From the IMG/VR virus record IMGVR_UViG_3300029286_000036, positions 1,905 to 65,904 of that record: a stretch of DNA of 64,000 nucleotides; one strand, written 5' to 3'. The notes beneath the pieces were generated by a model, which saw only the letters and a program-made list of their open reading frames with translations, did not search any database and was not told the origin of the DNA. Position 1 is the stretch's first letter, and each line of letters opens with the position of its first letter. This DNA comes from a virus (Duplodnaviria > Caudoviricetes). Position numbers and translations under genes: made by a program. Below, in pieces: positions 57,638 through 64,000 of this stretch.

Positions 57638-57643
57638 TGAGGC

Positions 57644-59113
57644 ATGAATGGGATTCTGTATATAAACAATTCATTTTGCAAATTTTCGGATGAAACTTCC
57701 GTCTATATTTTAGATTCTGTTAAGGAATTGCTGACATATCACAACGATATCGGGGGGGAAAGGGCACAGAAATACAACATGATAAAAACAGCGAGGATGA
57801 AAAAAAATGCAGTTTGGGAAGAAAGATTGAGAAAAGAAATAAAAGAACTAGAAGCCAGCGAGTGGGTTTGTTGGTTTCATGATAAATCTTTTCCTACAGG
57901 ACATTTGCCATTAGTTTTAGATTTACTAAACGAGATGAGAGCAACTCTGAAAGTGAACGATAACCGAAAGATTCCTGAAAGAGAATATAATTTTAGATGG
58001 AAAAATACTCCGCATCCTCCAAGATATTATCAAAAAGAAATGATTGAATTGGGATTAAAATATCATAGGGGAGTTTTTGAACTCGCTGTAGGTACGGGAA
58101 AAACTTTAGGTGCTATTTATTTAATCAAAGAATTAGGAGTTCCATCTCTAATCATAGTCCCATCATCTGGACTCAAGGAACAAATATATCAAGAGATGGT
58201 ATTGTATTTTGGGATTAATTTTGTTCAAAAGATTGACACAGCCATTGTCCGAAAAGAGGGGAAGCTAAAGCCGATTAGAATAACAACTGTCCAGACTTTA
58301 GGCTCTCTACAAAAAACAGGAGAATTGAGACATTTAGTTGAAGATGTTGGTGCAATTTACGTCGACGAAATTCACCATGCAGGGTCAGAAACTTATTTGA
58401 ATCTACTCAAAGAAATAGACCACATTTACTACCGATATGGTTTTACTGGAACTTTTTTACGCAACGACGATAAAACTTTAGATATGTGGGGATTTTTAAG
58501 CACAAAATTGATGGAATACAAAGCAAAACAAGCTATTGAGGATGGCTTTTTAACTCCCCTAAAGGCTATAATTTACGACATCAAGGGAAAGCGTTCAGAG
58601 TATTATCCAGCGGAGTACAAGAAAAACTACTGTGAGAATACAATTCTGTTAAAAAAGATTTCACAAATAATAAAAAATATACCAGAAAACGAGCAAATAT
58701 TAATCTTGGTAAATCGAAAAGATAAGAGTGGTAAGGTAGTTCATGATTTTCTTACAGCCTCTGGATTTGAGAATTCGTATATCTCGGGTGATGATGACGC
58801 TAAAAAAATTAACTTGACAATTTCACGGTTTAATGGTAAAGTAGTAAGAGTGCTCATCGGAAGCAGCGTAATCGGAGAGGGTATTGATGTGCGGTCTGCT
58901 GACCATCTAATTATGATACAGGGGGGCAAGAGTCCAGTCGCAATTGTGCAAGCTGTGGGAAGACTTGCAAGACTATTCGAGGGAAAATTAATCGGAACGA
59001 TTCACGACTTTAAGTTTTATGGCACAAAGTGGATGACAAAACATTTAGACAGGAGATTACAGATTTACAAGGACAATTTTGACCCTGAAATTATTTATAA
59101 AAAAGAGGAGTAA
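57644..59113 (+). CDS. SF2 DNA helicase (UvsW-like)
   Basis: R.YQ, AVGTGKT, IIVPS, VDEIH, GFTGT, EGID, Q.VGR..R. Confidence 0.88.
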   Translation: MNGILYINNSFCKFSDETSVYILDSVKELLTYHNDIGGERAQKYNMIKTARMKKNAVWEERLRKEIKELEASEWVCWFHDKSFPTGHLPLVLDLLNEMRATLKVNDNRKIPEREYNFRWKNTPHPPRYYQKEMIELGLKYHRGVFELAVGTGKTLGAIYLIKELGVPSLIIVPSSGLKEQIYQEMVLYFGINFVQKIDTAIVRKEGKLKPIRITTVQTLGSLQKTGELRHLVEDVGAIYVDEIHHAGSETYLNLLKEIDHIYYRYGFTGTFLRNDDKTLDMWGFLSTKLMEYKAKQAIEDGFLTPLKAIIYDIKGKRSEYYPAEYKKNYCENTILLKKISQIIKNIPENEQILILVNRKDKSGKVVHDFLTASGFENSYISGDDDAKKINLTISRFNGKVVRVLIGSSVIGEGIDVRSADHLIMIQGGKSPVAIVQAVGRLARLFEGKLIGTIHDFKFYGTKWMTKHLDRRLQIYKDNFDPEIIYKKEE

Positions 59114-59116
59114 AAG

Positions 59117-59680
59117 ATGAAAGCATCAAAATCAGCATGGAAAAGAGCTTTAGGGGAACAAGTAGACGAAGAACTTCCTAAAGTTAAAGACCTTTATGAG
59201 CGTCTTGATTTTCTTGATTGCATAGATTACATTAAGGCAAAACACTCAATTACTCCAAACGAGTTAAGTGAAAATACTTATCAAATTTTCTTTTATCCGC
59301 ATTCAGAATTTGCTCGCCTCATATATGACCCAGAACATAAACGAATTGTAATATCTTTCTGTACACAGACCTCAATTGTAGATGCTATACTTTTCTTTCA
59401 AAACCTGAAAGTGGTTTGGAAAGATATTGCACTGATGGTAAGCTACTATGTGGACGTTGTCACAAATCAGCTCTATTTAGGGACTGAAGCGGAAGCTAAA
59501 ATGTACGATGATTTGGAAGATGCCATGGTAGAAAACTTTATGTTAGAGGTTGAAGACCCTATCGTCGACGCATATTTAAAGGGAAAAAGTGAAGAAGAGT
59601 TTGTATACTCAAGTGATGATAAATTTGCAGCTTTGGAATATTTCTTGAGATTAAAGACTCCTACGGGATATTTAAACTAA
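59117..59680 (+). CDS. Hypothetical protein
   Basis: ORF with RBS. Confidence 0.55.
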   Translation: MKASKSAWKRALGEQVDEELPKVKDLYERLDFLDCIDYIKAKHSITPNELSENTYQIFFYPHSEFARLIYDPEHKRIVISFCTQTSIVDAILFFQNLKVVWKDIALMVSYYVDVVTNQLYLGTEAEAKMYDDLEDAMVENFMLEVEDPIVDAYLKGKSEEEFVYSSDDKFAALEYFLRLKTPTGYLN

Positions 59681-59688
59681 AATAATCC

Positions 59689-59717
59689 TTGACATTTTGC
59701 TCAAAGTGTGTTACAAT
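59689..59717 (+). promoter_or_regulatory. sigma70-type promoter TTGACA-17-TACAAT
   Basis: Direct reading. Confidence 0.75.
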
Positions 59718-59746
59718 AGTATTTGGACGCATGGAGAGTCCTAAAA

Positions 59747-60259
59747 ATGAAGAATGGAAATAAAGTATCGGTTTACCTCGCTGGAAGTATTGAGTCGTCG
59801 GCGGACTTAGGAAAAAGTTGGAGAAATGAGTTAACTCCATTTTTAGAAGAGTTGAATATGGAAGTAAATGACCCCTGTAAATTGGAACATCATAAACTTT
59901 CAGGTAGACACTTAAACAGACTTCCTCAAGGAATAAAGCATTGGCATGAGTTAAAAAATTGCAAAGAACCACATTTAAGATGCAGATTTAAGACTTACAT
60001 GGATGCGATAATCATGTATGACCTAGATTTAGTTGAGAATAAGTCTGATATAATCGTTCTTCTGTGGGACAGATGGTCGGCTGGTTCTTCGGGTGAAGTT
60101 ACTCTAGCCAGAAAAATAGGAACTCCTGTATATACTGTAGCTACAGTAGAGCTTCCTGCATGGATTTCTGGATGCAGTGAGAGAATTTTTAGCAACTTCG
60201 ATGAACTAAAAATATTCTTAAAAAGAAATTATAAAGTAAAGTTAGAGGAGCCTAAATGA
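59747..60259 (+). CDS. Nucleoside 2-deoxyribosyltransferase/nucleotide hydrolase-like protein
   Basis: VYLAG.I, WR, .NDP, DL..V..SD.IV, S.GS.GEV..A...G.PV. Confidence 0.65.
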   Translation: MKNGNKVSVYLAGSIESSADLGKSWRNELTPFLEELNMEVNDPCKLEHHKLSGRHLNRLPQGIKHWHELKNCKEPHLRCRFKTYMDAIIMYDLDLVENKSDIIVLLWDRWSAGSSGEVTLARKIGTPVYTVATVELPAWISGCSERIFSNFDELKIFLKRNYKVKLEEPK

Positions 60260-60672
60260 TTTTCCATAGAATAAAAAACTTCTTTGAATATATACCAACT
60301 ATTCCTAAAAGATTTATATACTCATCTAAGTGGTTTTTTCGTACATGGAATTCCCCTAATTGGGATTATGCTTATCTTCTTTACATCATTGGATATAAAA
60401 TTTCCGATATGAATAAAACTCTTCAAAAAGCAGACTTTGATAAGGACAATGATTGCCCATTTCAAACAGACCCAATGTTACCTATAGCATACGAAAGACT
60501 TCAGATATGCGATAAGATTTTGAAAAGAATTGCAGACGATAAGTATGATTATAACTTTCCCAGTAACCCAAAAAAATATATCAAAAATGGAATGTTTCAA
60601 TTTCCCGAAGACCGAGATGCTGCTTTAGCCTTAAAGATACTATCTAAATATTTTAATTATTGGTGGAATTAA
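60256..60672 (+). CDS. Hypothetical protein
   Basis: WDY.Y ... WW C-terminus, common phage ORF pattern. Confidence 0.5.
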   Translation: MIFHRIKNFFEYIPTIPKRFIYSSKWFFRTWNSPNWDYAYLLYIIGYKISDMNKTLQKADFDKDNDCPFQTDPMLPIAYERLQICDKILKRIADDKYDYNFPSNPKKYIKNGMFQFPEDRDAALALKILSKYFNYWWN

Positions 60673-60673
60673 C

Positions 60674-61144
60674 ATGATTAACTTTAGCAATCCGTTAGAA
60701 AAGATTTCAAGGTATTTTACGATTAAAGATGCAACCCATTTACCTAAATGGAACGTTTTGCATATGCCAAGTAAGCGTGAGATGATTGAACTTACAAAAT
60801 TGTTTGAAAAAATGGACATAATTAGGGATACAGTGAGACTTCCCATCCTAGTCCATTGTAGCATTAGACCTACCTCCGTAGTGTGCAATAATGCGCAATA
60901 TAACGGAAAAAACTACAATGAGGCAATTGGGAGCACTGCAACTAAATCCGCCCACATATTTGGACAAGCTTGCGACTTTCATGTGGTTGGTTTTGAGGAT
61001 ACTAAAGGTTGTGCTGAAATGAGAAAGAAAATTCAGCCTATTTTAGAGAAATTGGGTTTAAGAATGGAAAATATTACTGGAAGCTGGATACACGTCGATA
61101 CATATCCTGTAAAAGCTGGTGGTAAGAGATTCTTTATCCCTTAG
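60674..61144 (+). CDS. Peptidase M15A-type endolysin
   Basis: ISRYFT, PI.V....R, N..IG....SAH..G.A.DF, WIHVD. Confidence 0.8.
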   Translation: MINFSNPLEKISRYFTIKDATHLPKWNVLHMPSKREMIELTKLFEKMDIIRDTVRLPILVHCSIRPTSVVCNNAQYNGKNYNEAIGSTATKSAHIFGQACDFHVVGFEDTKGCAEMRKKIQPILEKLGLRMENITGSWIHVDTYPVKAGGKRFFIP

Positions 61145-61152
61145 GAGTTAAT

Positions 61153-61535
61153 ATGAAAAAGTTTTTTAACCGATTTGTTAAAGATTTCAACATATGGTTG
61201 GCTGTAACATCGAAGACGAAAAAGAGTGAAGTAAAATTCCCTTTATGGGAAAAAACACTTTTCTTCCTTTGTTGTATATGGTTTATTCAGATATGTCACT
61301 TTATTGTATTGTCCACTATTGTAACAATTTTTATTTTGTGTAGTCAATCTTTATGATTAAATATCGTACTCCTCCCATGTATTGGAATAAATGTAAAGCA
61401 TTAAAGCAGTTTATTGCCGATAGATATAAGGGTAGACAAATCAAGATAATAGCAGATGGAGATAAGTACGTTGTAGAGATGTCTCGAGAATTGTATGAGA
61501 TGATTTATAAGCAACTTGCATTTTTCATAAAATAA
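61153..61535 (+). CDS. Small membrane protein (61153-61356) and hypothetical (61353-61535)
   Basis: ORF track; first has long hydrophobic C-terminus. Confidence 0.45.
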
Positions 61536-61538
61536 TCC

Positions 61539-61567
61539 TTGACAGCAGCCGGTTTTAGGAGTATAAT
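61539..61567 (+). promoter_or_regulatory. Consensus sigma70 promoter TTGACA-17-TATAAT
   Basis: Perfect consensus. Confidence 0.8.
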
Positions 61568-61577
61568 ATAGGCTGAG

Positions 61578-61931
61578 GTGAATAAAATGTTTTCCGCAAT
61601 CGTAGGTTGGTTAGCAGCGTTTTTCTTGGCAGTATGTGGAGTTCCACAAGCAATCTTATCTTTCAAACAAGGACACTCTCGAGGAATATCATGGGGTCTA
61701 CTAAACATGTGGGCACTCGGTGAATTTTTTATGTTCATTTACGTATTACCCATGGCTTCCCCTCAATTGATTTGTACAAGTATAGTAAATTTAGCAGCAG
61801 TTAGTATTATTCTTTATTTTAAGATTAAAGATAGATACATGAAAGAAGAGACCACAATTGGGGATTTAATTAAAAAATTACCTAAGACAATACCTTATTA
61901 CTACGGAAGTCCTGACGATAGCGACGAGTAA
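61578..61931 (+). CDS. PQ-loop/SemiSWEET-like membrane protein
   Basis: VGW.A......CG.PQA......G.S.G.SW....W..GE, three TM helices. Confidence 0.7.
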   Translation: MNKMFSAIVGWLAAFFLAVCGVPQAILSFKQGHSRGISWGLLNMWALGEFFMFIYVLPMASPQLICTSIVNLAAVSIILYFKIKDRYMKEETTIGDLIKKLPKTIPYYYGSPDDSDE

Positions 61932-61993
61932 AATAATACTTGACATTCCCATTCCATTATGTTATTATACATGAAGAGTTGGAGGTAAACAAA

Positions 61994-62548
61994 ATGAAAA
62001 CAATTATTTTAATCTTTATTCTAGTAAGTTCATTTTCGTATGGCAATACACCCATACACAGACCCATACCACATGATGTAACTTACTATGAAATTATTAA
62101 GATTCATCCGGAAATCAATAGGAAACAGGCTCAAATCATTAGCAAACACATAGTTATTGCGAGTAAGAAATATAATTTAGATAAACATTTATTAGTAAGT
62201 ATTTTTGCTCAAGAAAGCATGTTTGATAATAGTGTTAGAAACTGTAATACAGGGATAGATAAGGATAACAACCCTAAAAAAGTCTGCTTTGACTTTGGAA
62301 TTAGCCAGATTAACTATCTTACAGCCAAAGCATTTAAGTTTGATTTAAGTAAGATTAGAAAAGACATAGGGTACGCAATAGAATGTGGAGCTTTAGTTCT
62401 AAAAGATATAAAAAATCGTTATGCAAAAAAAGAACCCAAAGATTGGTGGACTCGATATAATAGTGACTCTAAATACTGGAGAAACCACTACAATAAGTTA
62501 GTTTGTAGATTCTATAAAGGAAAAGAAACTTGTAAAAATTTAAAATAA
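61994..62548 (+). CDS. Lytic transglycosylase (SLT domain) with N-terminal signal peptide
   Basis: L.SI..QES.F, D.GISQIN, RYN; start corrected to MKTIILIF. Confidence 0.75.
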   Translation: MKTIILIFILVSSFSYGNTPIHRPIPHDVTYYEIIKIHPEINRKQAQIISKHIVIASKKYNLDKHLLVSIFAQESMFDNSVRNCNTGIDKDNNPKKVCFDFGISQINYLTAKAFKFDLSKIRKDIGYAIECGALVLKDIKNRYAKKEPKDWWTRYNSDSKYWRNHYNKLVCRFYKGKETCKNLK

Positions 62549-64000
62549 AACTAACTGGTTTCCGTAGACTATACCGTTAATGGCTTCAAATTCATAAAGT
62601 GCTCTAGTATATTTATACTCAGTTAAAAAATAATCCTGTGTTCCAGTTATAGTCTCCCCATTAAAAGTTCCAGCTCCAGTTGTGTATCCTGCAATAAAAA
62701 CATCATCAAAAGAACTCAAAGCTATTCCATTTGACTTTGTTACTTTTCCAGATAAACCATCCATTCTAGTCCAATTAATATTGAAATAACTATCACAACA
62801 CATAATGAATGAATCAGTAGTTCCGACTAGGGTGCCAGCTCCTCCCAAATCACCAGAAGTATAGCCTGTCATGAATGTATAATTTCCAGTAAAATCTAAT
62901 GAAATTCCAGTTGCATAAGTGGCAATAGAGGCAACACCTTTCAGCTCAGTAGCATATTTGGTACCAGATGAGTTGTATCTAACTCCAAAAGCATCTACTG
63001 TTCCTGTTAATGTTTTAGAGTTTAAGTTTCCATTAGTATTTCCAACCATGGCTATATTATTTGATGAATCATGAATTACTGCGGTAGCTATAGTAGTTCC
63101 GGAGGCAACTCCATTTAATTTAGTCCACTGAACAGTACCAGAATTATTATATTTAATAATGAAAGAATCATAAGTTCCAGTTTTTGTTTGAGAGTTTAAA
63201 TTACCATTCGTTTTACCTACAATTGAGATTGAAGTATCTGCTGAGTTTGCATGAATTCCATAAGCAATAGTAGTTGCACCGCTTACTCCAGCTAATTTAG
63301 TCCACTGAACAGTACCAGAATTATTATATTTAATAATGAAAGAATCTACAGTAGAACCCGAGACAAGGGTTTCTCCGTTTAAATCACCATCGGTTTCTCC
63401 AGTTATATAAATAGTATCTGCTGAATTTATAGAAATACCATATGATTTGGCATCTTTACCTGTAGCTTGAGACAGCTTTATCCACTGTACGGTTCCAGAT
63501 GAATTATATTTTATTACAAAAGCCGCATAATCGTAGGCAGCAAAAGTAGTAGTAGATACAGCATCCGCAGTTAAATCTTCAGTTGTCCAACCTGTAACAA
63601 AAACATTACCAGAAGAATCAACAGCAACTCCAGTAGCTTGGGTAGGAAGAGCCGCTGTACCTGCCAGTCTTGTCCATTGGTGAGTTCCTGCTGAATTATA
63701 TTTAGAAACAAATGCATCTGTACTTCCCGTAAGAGTTCTTCCAGCTAAAGCTCCACTAGTATACCCACATACATAAGAATTTCCAGCAGAATCGACAGTA
63801 GTTCCAAGTCCAACCGTACTTACCGCACTAACTCCACCTAACTTAGTAAAAAAATCTTCCCCGTCAGTATAATCTGGAACAATATCACTATCCCAAGCAA
63901 CTGTAGGAAATGCAGCAGTATGAAAATAACTAGATAACGATAATCGGATTTTATTTCCTATCGGATTTAAGAAAGTGTAAGATTTATTTGCATAAAGAAC
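62540..64000 (-). CDS. SBBP-type beta-propeller repeat protein, 5' end outside window
   Basis: Frame appears open from 64000 to 62540; repeats of F..KYNS.GT.QWT.L.G...T.A.G...DS..N.Y..G.T.G.L. Confidence 0.75.
   Translation of the reverse strand, partial: VLYANKSYTFLNPIGNKIRLSLSSYFHTAAFPTVAWDSDIVPDYTDGEDFFTKLGGVSAVSTVGLGTTVDSAGNSYVCGYTSGALAGRTLTGSTDAFVSKYNSAGTHQWTRLAGTAALPTQATGVAVDSSGNVFVTGWTTEDLTADAVSTTTFAAYDYAAFVIKYNSSGTVQWIKLSQATGKDAKSYGISINSADTIYITGETDGDLNGETLVSGSTVDSFIIKYNNSGTVQWTKLAGVSGATTIAYGIHANSADTSISIVGKTNGNLNSQTKTGTYDSFIIKYNNSGTVQWTKLNGVASGTTIATAVIHDSSNNIAMVGNTNGNLNSKTLTGTVDAFGVRYNSSGTKYATELKGVASIATYATGISLDFTGNYTFMTGYTSGDLGGAGTLVGTTDSFIMCCDSYFNINWTRMDGLSGKVTKSNGIALSSFDDVFIAGYTTGAGTFNGETITGTQDYFLTEYKYTRALYEFEAINGIVYGNQLVLF
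63116..63346. repeat. Perfect 54-bp direct repeat (63116-63169 and 63293-63346)
   Basis: taatttagtccactgaacagtaccagaattattatatttaataatgaaagaatc twice, 177 bp apart. Confidence 0.85.

Noticed and set aside
58741-61738. Minus-strand short ORFs in the rightward block
   Set aside because: Antisense to well-supported plus-strand genes
63116-63346. Direct repeat as a DGR template/variable pair
   Set aside because: Copies are identical, in-frame within one repeat protein, with no adenine-specific mismatches and no reverse transcriptase in the window
1-64000. Stop-codon reassignment
   Set aside because: Core genes are full-length under the standard code, with TAA, TAG and TGA all used as stops
1-64000. 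tRNA genes
   Set aside because: No cloverleaf or T-loop signature seen in the few intergenic gaps by eye; tRNAscan not run

Overview
An AT-rich, gene-dense 64 kb segment of a large lytic-type dsDNA tailed phage. The major capsid, portal and neck proteins look Herelleviridae/SPO1/K-like. Standard genetic code; no tRNA, rRNA, CRISPR array or integrase seen. About 57 kb is transcribed leftwards: GroEL, T5 A1-like nuclease, primase-helicase, PolA with 2 inteins, dNMP kinase, RecA, SbcCD, RuvC, TerS, TerL with 2 inteins, portal, MuF, a trigger-factor-like/GroES/ClpP cluster, Cas4-like nuclease, prohead protease, scaffold, capsid, an accessory island (NDK pair, RNA ligase), neck genes, two large polyvalent-type proteins and a Mom-like gene. 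After a divergent AT-rich gap with tandem 12-mers (about 57.2-57.6 kb) come a rightward UvsW-like helicase, an endolysin and an SLT, then a convergent beta-propeller gene cut by the window end. Most notable: (1) a shared L-x-K-[S/A/G] motif in the head proteins, followed by a repeated HKY..REG..G.Y.Y.Y peptide in the polyvalent proteins, suggesting a protease-cleaved capsid-cargo targeting system; (2) two promoter classes, with -35-less TGATATAATTA promoters before structural genes and a translationally masked sigma-region-4-like gene at the start of the head operon; (3) a broad phage proteostasis set; (4) an active plus a catalytically dead NDK; (5) about 12 selfish endonuclease/intein elements. 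All calls come from motif recognition by eye; no database searches were run.
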